Shown: positions 33,904 through 49,323 of the stretch, piece after piece | Layout of the letters: every line of letters begins with the position of its first letter | Numbering within the stretch: the first letter of the stretch is position 1 | From: Iphione sp. A-MEVVRFRX5 | Taxonomy: Eukaryota | Reading direction: 5' to 3' | Length of the DNA: 64,000 nucleotides | NCBI GenBank assembly: GCA_976226885.1 | Contig: OZ320319.1 | Span: 75,640,001-75,704,000 of the forward strand | Translations under genes and position numbers: made by a program | Notes under the pieces: model-generated | Databases searched by the model: none | Told to the model about the DNA's origin: nothing | The model's input: only the letters and a program-made list of their open reading frames with translations

Positions 33904-36900
33904 ATGCAGAATTGGTGATCATTTTCCATCCATCTATCATATATCTATCACAGATTTCACCTGATTCAAAGAGTATCTGTGGTATACTACTGTCTGTTTG
34001 GCATCTGTGTGCATTGAATTATCATTCAGGGACCAATAATGAACTGACGAACAGTCACGGATGGTCACGTACACAGACACAACTGGCACCTTACAATAGT
34101 TATCACTGGCTCAATAAAAATGGATGGGAATGGATGGAAAATGGATGGGAATGCACATGGACACCAACACAGGTATGGAACCCGGCGCTGATACTCTGAT
34201 CTAGAGGTTTTAGGTTATGCAGCAACATGCCTTGATCTTACCCACTTGTTTGTGACCAGATTGATTTACTGTAGTCCAATGTGCATGGAAGTCTATAAAA
34301 TACTAAATGTGTGTAGGATACTCTCCCGAAACACAAAAAGACGCGTCGATAGGTAGGCGTTTTTTGCTTTGTTAACGAAACCTAATTCAACCCTTGTGTG
34401 TTTCCAAGCTTGTAGATACCACTTTCACTGCTTGGATCTTAATGAAACCTATACTATGTGATAGATTATGATCATAAGACAGAAAATGGTGTATGTATGA
34501 GTTTTTTTAGCATCATGCACTGTGACGATCTTCACAAAACAATAGAAAAAATATAATTTGGATTAGGACAGAAATCAGGGTTAGTAAAGTTACCAGAAAC
34601 AGATATTTAACGAAGGCCCAATAGATGGCAGTATGTTACCCCTGGATGAGACGGAGGACCATCCAAGGGTAAGCCAAATGTAAAGTTCCAGGACAAAGAC
34701 CACAAAAATTAAGAAATGATGGATACCACAAACCAGCCTTAACAACTAAAATGTCTTCTCACCCGAGGGACACTTCAGTGTGTAGGGTAAACCAAATTTC
34801 GACTGAAATGGTTTAAAACGGAACTATACCCTGTAGCTCCCATATTGCTCAGTGGGCAGGCAACTGTTCAACCAAACAGCTCCCCTCTTTGTACTCAAGG
34901 TGTATACAAGTGCTCTTACAAAGTAAATGAAATCGCTCCCTCAATCATAGCGGAATTGACCGGGCTCAATCAACGACGTCGTGTCAATAGTACATGCATA
35001 CTACTACAACAATATAATTCAATGAAATGAGGACTACACCATATTGAATAAAGGCATCCTCCCTTATTGGAGCAGGAGTGCTTTGTGGCACCTGTAAACG
35101 CACGGTTAGGAGCGCCCTGAGACTCCTGCTGCTTGGATAGTATTAAGATAGCAGGAAGTACATGTACATGGTTTCAACTAGGGAGAACAGTCGTTTTCTA
35201 CACCTCAAGACGTTATGTTATCTAAAGTAGCATGAGACATGTGAAACAACTAAATCCATCCAGATGTCATCCGGCTGAGAGTCACCTCCTGCGGCAAAAT
35301 GGTCTACGGACCGGTTATAACTCATTCCATAATGGTGTTTCAACTTCTGAACTCGCCCGCTGGAAGCTTTTTGGTCCTTGCTACCAGCTCAGGGTGTCTC
35401 TCCACCCCCCCCCCCCCCTCCCAAAGCACTTCTCTCTTGCTGTAGTGTGAAATGCCCTCGAAGGTTCCAACGGTGTCCTCCTTGTCATGCCTTGCATGTC
35501 GGGACCGGCCAGACCGTAACAGTTAGGACTGCATTCCCGCTCTGTTCTCGGGGAGTTCTACCATTCCATCATAAGTGACATCGACGACGCTCGCCAGGGG
35601 GGGGGGGGGGCATTACCAAAAGCGGCCTTCGATGGCGGGACGCTTCGTGGAAAGGTCAACAGGGCTGCGTCGAAGTACCTCGACCAGATGGGGAACGGTT
35701 GGTCGGTATGCAATGTCGGCGTTTCTGAAAATATCAAATTAAAATTAGTGATACTAAGAATGGAGGGAGTATGACCCAGTTATTCGATGAATCATTTGAC
35801 AAGTATATTTGGTGTGGCGGAACGTTTTTAAGGAATTTAGAAAATATCAAATAGATATACGACAGAAAAAGAAATTATGTAACAGGTGTAACAAAGGTTT
35901 AATGAAATATCTTTTAGCTTTATAGGGTTTAACGTACGCCATATATTCATATGATACGTTCAAATAGTTTCGGAAACATAACTGTAAAGGTGTTGCTCAG
36001 AGTCGACAACTCACAGTTGCCAATTTAGAAAAACAAAATGTGCCGGCAGCTGACATGCAAAATAATTGTACAATGTACAGATTTTAATTATGACTCCATT
36101 TACAAAATAAATAACGTACACAGTACCACGAAAACAGTATTATAGAGTTATTAGAGGCAATTCGTCACTCATCACTCATTTCACTGGAAAAAGTGGATGT
36201 ACCTTTGCAGGCAGAGGTGAAATAGCATCCTTGAAATCCTAGAGGATCGTCACTGTGTACTGCTGGATATCATGCGGTGGAAGTGTGGAACAGAGGAATT
36301 TAAGTGAAGATATTAAAGCTTCATTACGCATACCCGGTGTAAGTGAAGAGATGTGGTTTGGTGGCGGACAGAAACAGTCATTTGGTAAAGGATGGAATTT
36401 CAATTAAGAGCGCGGTCCACCTGAACCCGAATGCACGCAGGAAACTGAGAGGCGTCATGCGCTTCGACTTCCACTTGGAATGCTGGGAATGGACTGAGGA
36501 TGTCTGCGTCCGGCGTGGGCTGCCAAACGCTCATGAGAGAGTGGTACTGATTGGATAAGGCAGCCACGTGTCATATCCCAACCAATGGGTGTTGGCGTTG
36601 CAGCGCGATTCTGCGTTCGCATTTCATGCGGTTCAAGGTTGAGTGACAGAAACGTAGCACTGTTTGCTGGGTGAGCGATAACACAATTCTTTGACAAGGT
36701 CGGAAATAGCTCTCTGACAGACACAAATCATGGCACTGACGTGAAAAATAATTGACAGCATTTTTTTTACAAATTCGAAATGGAGAAGTGTGGTGTAGGA
36801 AGTAGCATGAGAAACTGCTACATGAAGTGGAAGTTCTCTGATCTAAGCTCTCATGTGCAGGAAAGCCGAATCGACGAAACCACAAATAATCATATATTAT

Positions 36901-39900
36901 TTTGATTAAATTTATATATATACATGGATGTATATAAATATATACATGGATGTGAACATTTGAAACTGGACAGGTCCAACCTGCTACTGGAAACTTTCTT
37001 ATAATTGTTACAGTCCAGTTAGGTTCAGTAGATCAGTATTAACAGTATTAACAAATGGAATCCTCAAAATACAACATACATATGCAATACCGTTTGGTGT
37101 TAATGACCAAACGGGACCTGAGATGAAAAGCTGTTACGTGTATACGTTTTCGTTTCTAAAACGAATAAGCCAATATTTGGTTATAGCTTAATATTCAAAA
37201 TTAGATACATGTTGCAGATGGGAAAGAAATCGCGTTGGATCAGATAGGCCTAAACAGGCCATCAGATGGGAACCAAGCTAGGAATCTCCGGTCAAAGTTC
37301 AGCCAAAGTTAAACCTGCAGCAGCCACCGCTGTCTAACCTGCGAAGGGTGGGCTGGGCCGGACAATGCACAGTGGGCTTGAATGTTGCCCGATTCCATTA
37401 AACATTGCCGTCTGAGCAGCGTGAGAACGTTAACACTAGGGAAGGTGTAGATCTTTGGAAGGGGTTATAAATGTGACGACAGAGGCTGTGTTAGTAAAAC
37501 GAATGTATACATTTTTAAGGTGAGAGTATAGAAAGAGAAAGAGGAAAAAAAGAGAATGTGGGAGAAAACATTGGAGAAAGAAAGGAAGAATTAGAAAGGA
37601 AGGAAAAAAACAGAAGCAGACTCGAAAAGAAACACACTTCGGATGGATATTAACTCTTTTGAGAACGATTGACAAACTTAGAAGGAGGAAGGACAGATAA
37701 TGCCAGCGACAGTGACCAACAGAATCATCAACAACCGTCAGAATGTATACATGTATGGGATACAAACCTCGTAAGGAACTGTAGCAAACAAGACATGGAA
37801 CTAAGGACCAGCAGATGGAGGTACACATAGAAGCAGTAGGCATCGACGTTCGTAGTAGCCAGGCCCAGGTGAGGTTTTATTGGCACATCTCACTCGACAA
37901 GGATGATATGAAGTATTATGGATTAAAGGGGTGTTCACATGCATCTGTTTCTCTTTAAAATGTGTATGGACGCGTAGACATTTTTCCCAGCTATGGCAAT
38001 TGTACTAGTCTCTTCACATGCCTCTGTTTTAAACAGACATGGACCCATAGGCGTATTCTAAAGCCGTCCTGGATGGAATTTATACGGACACAGATCCGTT
38101 TTCAACTAACAGCAATGGTGAAGAGACATCTGGTTTACAAAGAGCATTCAATATACAGAATCCATGTGGGGCACCTATGGACACAAATCCATAGACGTGT
38201 TTTTCACACAGATACATATGAACACCTCCTAACGTTGGTTCGGATTAGGAGCCAGACCATGTCACTCAGTGACTGCTGATCAATCGCAACTTAAGGGGTT
38301 AAGTACATTCAGAAACCTGTCTACCAACTGCGCACGTTCGCAAACGCTACGGAATTGCTCTGTGTCATGCTTGGCCTGGAAACAGCTATTCTGTCCTAGC
38401 AGTGTGTTGAGAAACTGAACTCGATATAGATAGGATATGCCTATCTTTGCCCAAATGCCTTGCACCTCCGAGACCGGTGAAATTTCAATTGGCATCTTTG
38501 AATCACACATTGGCACCCTAAAAAATGAGTCTAATAGACTCACCATGAAGGTGACATGATGGTGCTCTTATACTTGCTTCTAGTACAGTAATAGTTCATT
38601 TAGGAATCTTGCAAAAGTTTATAGTGTGTACAACTATGCCACCCTAGTGAAGCCCTCTACAAATGGACTGTGTCTGCACCACGTGATCAAAGTCTTGCTC
38701 CTTTATTAGAAACAGTGCATTTCATGTACAATTTTGCTACATTCTAAAATTTTCTTTACCACCGTTTTTTTTTCTAATTCGAAAGATTATAGTCCAGTTT
38801 GTTTCCCATTATGTTTTTACTTTTCAGTTCATCCTTCCTGTGTTTGATGAGGCCATTGAAAATAAAATTACACTTCATTATGTCTCCCACGCAGAAGAAG
38901 CATGACGAACTAACGAACGCACGTAGTTCACTTCACTCACGCCGTCAGTGAACCTGTTGGTGACCGATTCGCACCTCCTCATCAATCACACGGAGCAAGT
39001 ACACATTGCCAACAAATTCGCCGCACTGGCAATTGCTACGCCACCTACTGGCTATCACTCACATTGCCCCTTGGTGCTCAAAGTGGTCTTGATCCTCTGC
39101 GATATCGGCCATCTGAAAAGTCGTCTGGTCCCCCCCCCCCCACCCACCCACACACTAGACACGTTTTGGTGATGTGCTTGCTGGTGTAGTTGAAATAAAG
39201 ACATCGGGACTGAGGACCACAAGTTTTCCGACTGTATTCACGGCCCATTTTCAAAAGTTACTCTTGAAAACGTCGTGTTGCTGATGATGCCTGCATAATA
39301 ATGTTGCCACAATTTTAAAATATACATATATTTAAAATAGGGTCACATTATTTCTTACTTTCATTAAGCGGCAATCTGTATCTTCGATATTCTTAGTGTG
39401 TTCTATATTTATCAGTTAAACCCCAACTACACATGTTTCTGACTTCCTTAACCCATTCAGGCATGGGGACGCACAGAGGCACTCCCGTGGTGATTCCTGA
39501 AGATGCCTACAGGAATTCCTATACAGTGGACTGTAGATGCCTCGAGGCATCTTTCAGAAGAACTCCCTCACATTACGTAAATTAACTCTACCTATGGAAA
39601 TATTCGATAGAATTTAATAATATTTGGGCAAAACATACAGATGTTTTGTGATGAAGATGAAGATGAAGTGATGTCAATTCTTTTCGCAGGCGAGAAAGGT
39701 ACTGGTAGTCACATAAGGTGTGTATTTAAAGTGATGTTTCTGCCAAAAGTATCACTCATAATTCAAAACCCCTTCATCCTATGGTGAGTGTACCTGATAC
39801 CTGTTCCAATCTTGAATGGGTTAACAGTCTGCAGTCTTCCCTAATGTTCAGCACACAGTGGTCGCCTTCAGTTCCAAATTGACTTTGACTGTAAGAAGAA

Positions 39901-42900
39901 ACTGCTGCTCAAGGGGTCCTAGCTTAAACATAGATTTATATCGGGATATGGTAGATATTAGCAATTATACGATCATTATTGATAAAACAGTGATGCCAGT
40001 AGAATGCTACATAGAATGAGAATGGAAATATGACAGTTACGTTCCTCAATGAGTTTGTGATGCTGCCCTGTATATAAGCTGGCATGAAACCCTCCCTGGC
40101 ACGCCGATTGTAACAGCAGATTTGTGTTCTGAATGACCGGTGGGAACGAATGGGCACATGGGCTCTGACTCTAGTTCATCCTAATTTTTCTAAGTAGGAA
40201 TAATTTCCTTCTGAATTATTATTATGTATATTTACAATTAGAAACGACGGAATGTTTTTTTTCTCTTTCTGCTATGTATTTTTTATTATATCATCTGTAG
40301 TTTCGTGCCGCATCCCTACCTTCTCAAGCTTTGGTACCTACTGATATCAAGGAGGTATAAATAATCTTTTCTGCCATATGTAATGACAGTGTTTACCACA
40401 ATATAAAGAAATTAAATATTTGTCCTTTATCTTTTACTTATTTTGAGATTTCCCTGTGATTTGATCTCACTTTTGCGTCATACACCACAGCAAATTTGAT
40501 ATGAAACATCAACGCAATGCAAATCAAAAACATTTTAGCTTTCTGAAAACGTAGTGCCAATCATAAATAACATCTCTTAACCCCCGCACTTATGCTCCAT
40601 ACACCAAACTCCCTGTCTGGAGTTGTTCAAATCTGACGTGGAGTAAATGTCAGTTCTGCAAACATTTTTGTGGTTAATGTGTCAGAACACGAGTGTAAAA
40701 CAGGAGGGGAAGACATGTTGCCCAGATGGCCCGTCCCCTGGAGGGTCGAATGTATTCACTGAGCACGTGCCAGGTACACGAATCACGCAGCTGAGGAGCG
40801 GTTGGAGGGGGGAGCGCACGGAGTGGATAGGGGGGTGGGGGTAGGCGGGGGGGGGGGGGTGGCGGGGAGGGAAGAAAAGGCAAGGAAAACAAGCGGAGAA
40901 AGAAACACAGTGATATTGGGAAGGAGAGTGAGAAACGCAAGAAACGCCCGGATGGAGGCAGGAGTTGAATTAAGAGGGCAGAGAATAGGAGCTGTGAGAT
41001 TATGTTTGTAATTTTTTTTAACAGTTGGTTAATTCAAAGATCTGAAAAAGAGGCGGTCCTTCCTGTGTATTTACACGATTGCGCGAGCGCACAATTGGAT
41101 GCACAAGGAGGATGAAGGGAGTTCGCTTTGATAAAAAAAAATAAAGATGGACATGGAAACGTTCGCATAGAGTGAAGCGCGGTCTTAAGTAATTTACTGG
41201 AGCAAATGGAAGGCAACTGCGGAGGAACTGCCGCGGCGTGATATATCGCGAGTATGCATGGGTATTCCGAAAGAGAAAAGACAGAGAGACTTGAAAGATG
41301 GGTGAGGAGAAGATTGCTATGGTAAAACAGGAGAAGCTGAGAGTCGAGGAAAGAGTTGGTAAAAGGTGAGGGGATTCCAGAGTGTTTGGGAAATAGAGTG
41401 GCAAAGGGCTGGAGAAGTAAAAAAAAAGTCAGGGGAGAAAAGGCTAAAGGGATAGCAGCAGTCTACATACTACCTGCTGCTAGATAGATGTTTCACAGGT
41501 GGAGATGCCTGATAAAAATCCACACCTTCATCCTGGCACAGGCTATACACACGCAAAGGCTTCCGGTATAGAAGAAGGCAATTACTATGTCTCTGGGTGC
41601 TGTCATACTTTAGGGCTATAAAATCGCCTGAACTGGTCTTACTTAGAACTGCGTCTGATTTCTCAGATTCCTGAAGATAATAGGGCCCAGCTTAATGGGT
41701 TGTACAGTTGCTATAGGTTTCAATTTCCACGTATACTCGAAAGAAGAGCTAATTTGGTTTATATTATTAAAGATAAAAATTTTCTAAATGTTTTCTTGGC
41801 TTAACAGCTCAAGCAGAACGGCTTATAGCGGCTCAAGCAGAACGTTATGTCTCATATATTTATCTCTATCTTCCTGCCACCTCTACAAACAGCTATTAAA
41901 TCGAGCGGGTTTTTTTCTCCATGACTATTTCTGTCATGGATGGGAAACATTTGGAAATACCCTCTGCGGAGGAAATTAATTGTGACAACTCCCGGGACTG
42001 TTTACGGTCTGCTTTAATATGTCGGCATACTGATACAAAGTAACCTGGTAGAACATTGGTGAACAGCAGGTATCATTCCTGAAAAAAAACATGACAGACC
42101 CATTTGAAAACCGACCTAGATATGAAACGATAGGAAAAAACGGACAGAATCTGATTTTTTTAAGAGATCAAAGTTATTTCTAACTCTACTTTACACTAAC
42201 GTCGTTGACAGTGGTTTCATACGAGCTATTTATTTTTCCCCGAAGGTGATTACCCATGTACAAATGTGAGCACATGCGCCTAGCATCTTAAATCGCATAA
42301 ACGTAATGTTTTCCTTTTTGTAGAGAATACTGTTGAACGGAGATAAATCCTTCAGTTTCATGTACCCATCATATCAGTCAAACGTTTAGGTATCCAAAAC
42401 GTTATCAACCCACATATATGCACGCAAGTATAGCTGGTATTTTCTCTGAGGCTTGAAAGAGACTGAGGATATTTACTGGACATGTCGTTATGCTAGGCAT
42501 GCATGCCAAGTTGGGATGAGCTTCATATCTCCGCCATAACAGCACTGATAGGGCCATCCATCAACAGGTTCCCCGGAGCACTTGGGACACTGGGATTTTT
42601 AGTGCTGCTGTCATGAATCCCTAACGGTTCGAGCTGGGATCCACTACAGTGCTAGTGCATTAATATCCCAGCAGGAAAATGGTGCCAGCTACCTCAAAAC
42701 AGGAAGAAGGAGTAAAACCGCATCTTTCCCTTCACATCTCTTAGAGAACTTGTACTTATGCTCCAGACAAAGCTTTTTCATATTACTCAGGTTTTCATTT
42801 CGAAGTTAAAAGTCATGTGTATTGCAGCTATGCAAACATGTCCCCTTCTGCATGAAAATGGACATATTTGCTCTCTTAGAAGCACACATTACATCGGGAG

Positions 42901-43026
42901 ATAAATACAAACTAATACTTATCTCATGCGATGTTTCCCCACATATGTTGAAGCAGTCAGTTGCCTTGTTGGATCGTACCCTACTGAGATCATACGATTT
43001 CTTTTTCTTTCCTTTCCATGCTCCAG

Positions 43027-43387
43027 TGCCTATCATACCTGACTATCTCATCAGCCTGGAGGACCAACTTCTGGACCCTGGAGGGACGGAGGGAGGCCCC
43101 GGCGGGGGCGCGCTCTTCCCGGGTGGAGTCCCAGGCCTGAGCGGGGGATCTGACGGGGGCAACCTCTTCCACTACTTTCTGAACCACTCCGACTTCAACC
43201 TCACCTTCTTCAGTCAGTTGCTATACAACTTCTCCGACCCGGCCAACTGGACGGACGAAGCCCCTGGAGGGTGGGCGGTCCTCCCGCAACAGACCATCAA
43301 TGAAAACTCCCGCATTGGCTGGCTCTTCTCCAGTAAGGCCATCGTGCAGCTGGTGGCTAACCCCTTCATTGGACCCCTCACCAACAG
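43027..43387 (+). CDS. VMAT: VMAT-like coding exon 2 (luminal loop 1 and TM2)
   Basis: ctccAG|; (V)PIIPDYL...Gly-rich loop with sequons NHS, NLT, NFS, NWT...NENSRIGWLFSSKAIVQLVANPFIGPLTN(R); donor AG|GCGAGT. Confidence 0.95.
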
Positions 43388-45267
43388 GCGAGTACTGCAT
43401 TTTTTTTCTATGCACAGCCATCATTGCACCAACTTGACATTTTTGTATGTTGTTCACCTGTAACTGTCCTTGGACGAAGCACCGCCAAGGCTACAGATAT
43501 GTGTCTGAAGGTTATAACTGCAGTCTCTCCTGTTTGCTTCTTGGCAGACATGCCCACTGCAACGATTTCTTAAATTATGTAATAGATGTCTACTTCTCTT
43601 TTTATCGTTCTGCCTCACTACTCTTTAGTCTCTTTCACATCTAATGTTCATGTTTAGTAAATATACAATTTGATATGAAACATTGGCGCCTTTGTCTGCA
43701 AACAATTCTATACAAAGGTTGACTTTAAAGGTCGAGCAGAATTTCTTTTACAGAAGTGTTGCTAACGAACCAAGAATATTCTCTTTAAAATTAGAAATCG
43801 TTACCTAGCCCTATGTAGTCATATTGTGCACAACACCGGTTTGTTACATGAAGTATATTATTACAGAAGAGAAAATGTTTAAAAATTAGTATATATATGC
43901 CATTAGGAAATGGTTAGCAAATGAAAAAAAAACTGAGACGTACTCAAAATGATCGCGACAGAATATTTACAACTTTATTTACATACATGTATAGTCAATG
44001 CATCTCGGGACCATTATCCTCTGTCTAATTTTTTCTTCCACCGATCTCGGTTGTCCTGTTGGTTGTCCTAACGCTGGTGTTGTGTAACTGTGTTTAAAGG
44101 CAAGGTTAACTGTGCAGCAGGGAGGGTGCACGTGGCACGCGAGCAACTTGATCGGCCAGGAGAAAGTCATGGCATGTCGAACATGTTTTTTCATGTCATA
44201 ACCTCCTCCCGGCCAGGACCAGAACCCTCTGGCAAAAAAACGCAGGTTACAGGGTGCGGACAGGAGGAGGAATAAGCATATCCTAAACATCGGAATATGT
44301 GTAGAGATTAATTGTACTGTCGAGGTAACTGATCCAGAATGTCTCAACCCAAAGCCCATTAGTCAATGCCAAGTGCAAATAGCATACAAATGAGGACCCG
44401 TCATATTGGGTTATGGTTTATTTATGTGGACGCCCACCTGAACTGGCTCATCACTTGTCAAGACGTATTCCTAAGGTTCTTTATTGCCAGCTCTCCACTA
44501 TACCAGTTGTGTACTGTCCTTATCTGTGCATATAATATACTTAACATTGCTCATGGAACAGGACTGCGAGATTTTATCCGGAAACAGGCTACAAGAGACT
44601 AAACCAACCACTGTTTAAAAGTGATCATGAACAGATTAGAAAACGGTTCAATGCATAGCGTAAAATTGACCCATCGCTTTTTTACTGTATAGGCAAAACT
44701 ACGACATCATACTGACATGAAATTCACTGTTTAAACCTTATATTTGAATAACTCAGATGATTCTTTTCTGCTCTTCATGATCAAATAACTACAAATTAAT
44801 TCTCAGAGGGCTGTGAAAACTCTTTGAAAGAACAAACAGGAAATGTCGTAGTTTTTACATTTCCTACTAGAATACACCAAAACCAATGATAATCGATGGG
44901 TCAATTGCAATGGCGAGAGATATACGTTTGGATACATGCAGCTGGAAGGAAACTATGAATGACAATACTACAAAAGTGCTATTATTAATTTGTACTTTAA
45001 AAGGACTAAAACGTTATGTAAATTATTGTGCAAAAATTGATTCTCTTGATTTGCAGAGACTGGCTTGACTACCTTCCAAATTGTAGTGAATATTTTATGA
45101 AAAGAGGGATCAATACGCCTCAAAATCTCAACGCTAAAAAGCGAACTGATTTGTTCTGGGATGGATGAGAGAGTCAATTAAACGGTTAAGGTACAGAGCT
45201 GGGTCGATTTGAGTTAAAAATAGATCCGACAGGAAGTACAGGGAATCACTCTTTTAATCAAACAAGC

Positions 45268-45409
45268 NNNNNNNNNNNNNNNNNNNNNNNNNNNNNNNNN
45301 NNNNNNNNNNNNNNNNNNNNNNNNNNNNNNNNNNNNNNNNNNNNNNNNNNNNNNNNNNNNNNNNNNNNNNNNNNNNNNNNNNNNNNNNNNNNNNNNNNNN
45401 NNNNNNNNN
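45268..45409. other. Assembly gap (142 N)
   Basis: N run. Confidence 1.
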
Positions 45410-48400
45410 GCATTTACTGGTGAAACGCTACCAAACGCTACCAAACAATTAATTCTTGGTGAAGCGTTATCCCCTGTATATTTAACCGCTATGACTACTT
45501 TGTGAAGCGTTATTGGATAGACAGTGATCCCCCCTGTGCAGCGTCTGTCTGTCAGTTGGCGGCTGACTAGGTCAGCGGCCGACTCGACCTGTTACCCTGA
45601 CAACCACTGAGTGACCCAGATGTAATATTACTACACCAACCCCCCAAAATAGTGCAATTTTTTTTCTTATCACTGCATTTGAATACATTTTACAATTTTA
45701 TAGGACAAATCTTTCTAAATAATGCCTCTGTGAAGGCCACATATATATAAATATCTTACTTTGTTGCCAAAGGGAAGGAACTGCTTGACGGATCTACTTC
45801 CAGCCTACTTCCGGCAGCCATTTTAAAAGAGGGAGGGTAATAAGAGTGGCATGTCAATACACTACCCAGGCTGAGTTGTACCTTGTGGGATACAGCTTCG
45901 TAGGATGGCATATACCCCAGAGGACACAAGGGCATATGACAACAAACTACAGCACATGTACTACATTTAACATTGAACGCAGTACGGTCATCCCTTGCTT
46001 TCCGACAAAGCTGCTGTGTGTTATATGAGTATCTTCATTTGCTGAAATGAGCCCTGTAAACAGAGTGGAATATACATACTCATCATATACGCATCGCTAA
46101 CATACAAGCTTCTTAAACTCTCCCGGGCCAAAGGGTTAAATTTGTAAGTTGGCTGTTGGTTGGCTATCGAGGGCCGATTACAACACGTTTACAGATAGAT
46201 TACATATAAATGGTATGACAATACATACGGATCATCAACAAAACAAGCATCATGGCACCATCCTGAACATACGACTGTCACAATACCTCGAGCCTGGCTT
46301 TATACGTCGGGAAACTACCATTGCTGTTTGAACAACAGAGAAATGTTTGATGTCTACCAACAGTTGTGTGAGAGACATGTGAATTTGTCATCCACATGTG
46401 GCGCAAATGAGGCAGAAGGGAGCACCCCGCAGAGTATCCCAACAGGTTGTGACTCCGAGGGAGGATGGTGGTATGTGGTATAGGGGAACAACCACTAGTG
46501 GTGGCAATAGCCTTTTTTTTCTGGAATAGCAGCGATAGCTCCATTAGGGTAGCCCTAGGCCTATCTAAACAGCCACCCATGTCGGCATTGATATTGTAGA
46601 ATTTCTGAGGACCTGAGTTCAAGCTATTGTATATCTCGACACTCAGACCAGTTTTACATGTACACGATACCCATAATCCACAAACACCATGTTTTACAGT
46701 ATTTTCGGGGGGAGGGAGGACTGCATGAGTTAATGATTACCAGGGGCCGGATGATTAGTGAGAAGAAGACACACATTTTACAACTGTCGCAGAGTCTGTG
46801 CATTCCCCCTCCCGTTTTGTTAACCTCCTTTTCGGATTCCTGATCTTTTCCCCCCCATCAGGAGTTAGGCTTAGTCTCCTTGTTGGGACCTAGGGTGGTT
46901 TGAAATCTCCTTCTGTATCTGGTTTACTGTCTGATTAAGGCCATACCCTTGCCCATTTGGTAGGCATGGGTTATTGTACTGCATGGTGGGGGGAATGGGT
47001 ATCCTGGCAGGCTGAGATAGCGCTTTTGCTGCCTCTGGAAGTACTATTAGTTAATGCATGCATGCCTCGATGGGTTACTATTCCACAAGTGCATCTATGT
47101 CAGCATTATGATGAAAAGTTATGAAAAGTTCAGTTAAAATAGATGTCCACTCCTTCAGACACTCGCATCAACACATCCATTAGACGCATTAGAGACTACG
47201 AAGCTATATGAAGTTCTAGCAGCATGCATTAAAATCATGAAACAATTAATTTCAGACTCATTAATACGGAAGGTCTTAAGAACGCCTTCGGCAGATGTTC
47301 CGTCTCACAGTTGAATCTGCACTCACTTCAACTACGCAGTGATTCGGAATTATTTTGTCTCATGGGCTATGTGCGTTACAAACTGAGGAGCGACAGATCC
47401 AAAAATATGAAGATGGAGAATGTTAACAATGTGAAAACGAGAGGCTCGCCCTTGGTAAGGCAATTCAACACACACCCGCCGAGTATTCAGAAGCAGATCT
47501 AGCACGAACTGCTAGAGTCAGGTAATGACGACAAATTACCTGCATACAGACGGTCCTTAACGAAATTGGCAAGAATTTTGGAAGTCCAATGATGAATGCT
47601 GATTAAAGTCAATCAACATTTCATGTTAAACAAAGCAGTTGTTCCCCCATGAGAGGATCTGGCAGTCTGCCACTTGCGTCTTTTAACAGTATATAAAATC
47701 CAGGACGGCAGCTGTTTTCCTAACTTCTCAACATTATAGAGAGACTATATACTATAGAGAGTTACAGGAGGTGGCATCAAGTGGCCTGTGATTCCCAACC
47801 TTTCATGTAAGGAGAGCCTTGCATTAGATTATTTAAAGTGTATTTAAATTAGCTTTCCAGTACCTTATTCATATATCTGTGACTTTTACAATGCCTTGCC
47901 ACACATAGATGATATTTTGATGGAACAAGATGTACTGTGGGGTAAGGCAAATAATGAGAGAGAAAAGGGCCCTACCCATGTGCACACACGTCCTATAGTG
48001 TGTAACGGCAAGGTGTGGACAGATCTGTGAAGGGCCGGTTTTCCCGACACACGTGAATGGGGCTGGGATGCATAATCTGTTCATTTTCTACCAATATCCA
48101 TTCTCAGCAATACCCCTAGGTGTCTCTTTGTCTCTTCTATTCTCTACGTATGCATGAAAAGGTGCTACACACCCTATTCCGGTCTGGGTGTATAATCTTT
48201 GGACACATGGAAAGACCACCTAAGATATATATATATATATTAAGTGAAGAGAACTGGCAAGAATCTGCCATTATCTTTTTTAATAGATACTTAATGCCTG
48301 AGCCACAGTTTCGTGGCACTCACCCTTCAACCTCACGCACATACATACACACATGCACCTATGCTGACGGGCCTGCGCCGTTGCTTTGCAAATGGAGAAG

Positions 48401-49323
48401 GAAAATGTCAGCCTCTGGTAACCCATAACAACGAATGCCACGTGAAACGGAGGAGTCGATCTTTGTAATAGCAAGGGAATAACATTTTGCAGGACGGAGA
48501 CAAAAAAAGATTGTAATGTTTTAGAAAAACAACGAGAAACATCCTTTGAGCATGGGATGAAATGTGTTGCAGTTTGCTACTCTGGACTGGTAACAAGCGT
48601 GTAACATTTTTTCTCTAAGAGAAAAAGGGTGAAGGAAGGGCAACGTAAATGGGACCTGAGACAATGTGTATCTACAACGGTACCGACATGGGCCATTTGG
48701 AGTTTGTGCAGTTCCAGTAAGATGCTGTACAACTTTTGGAGTTCCTTATTTTCTGCAGCAATAACAGTGGGGAGAGAAGTGAGAACTACATAGACAAAAG
48801 GGACAAGAAAGAGTGGAAATGGCAGAGGGAATATGTATATATGCATATAATGTACGTTTAGCAAGTGTTGTTTTAAGGCATCTCTCTGCAACACTCCACA
48901 TGGAGTGTTTCTATGAGTGAATGTGTTTTCTCTCTGCTCCTCTGTAACCCTTTCCCTTGAGCCATATCTGTCCAAATGTATTTGGGATGAAAAGTTGTCG
49001 AAATTGAGCCAAAAATGCAGAAATTGTGTAGTCTTTATGCAAATGAATTGCCAACTAAACAGATTTTATACGTGTATACATGTACTTATACCTGGTCTTC
49101 CATGTACTACTCAATTTGATACAGATATATGCTACATGTTGCATGAGATTTGTGGTAAATGTTCATTTCACACAGTCAGCATAGTCATGGAAACGCGTTT
49201 TTTTTTCTTTTTGCATACTGCATGTTTCAGTCACTCAGGTACTCAGTATTCATGAAAACATAGCCTTATAGTCATGTGAAAGTGTGGTCAACCTGTTCCA
49301 ACCATATTTGAGACTTTCCCTAA

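Noticed and set aside
36550-36586. ATTGG-N9-CCACG resembling an ER-stress element
   Set aside because: Matches neither ERSE-I (CCAAT-N9-CCACG) nor ERSE-II (ATTGG-N-CCACG)
40806-40872. G-run tract with G-quadruplex potential
   Set aside because: Poly-G tracts are common throughout this window; nothing singles this one out
42822-43463. 213-aa ORF as a stand-alone gene
   Set aside because: It is transporter exon 2 read through into flanking intron
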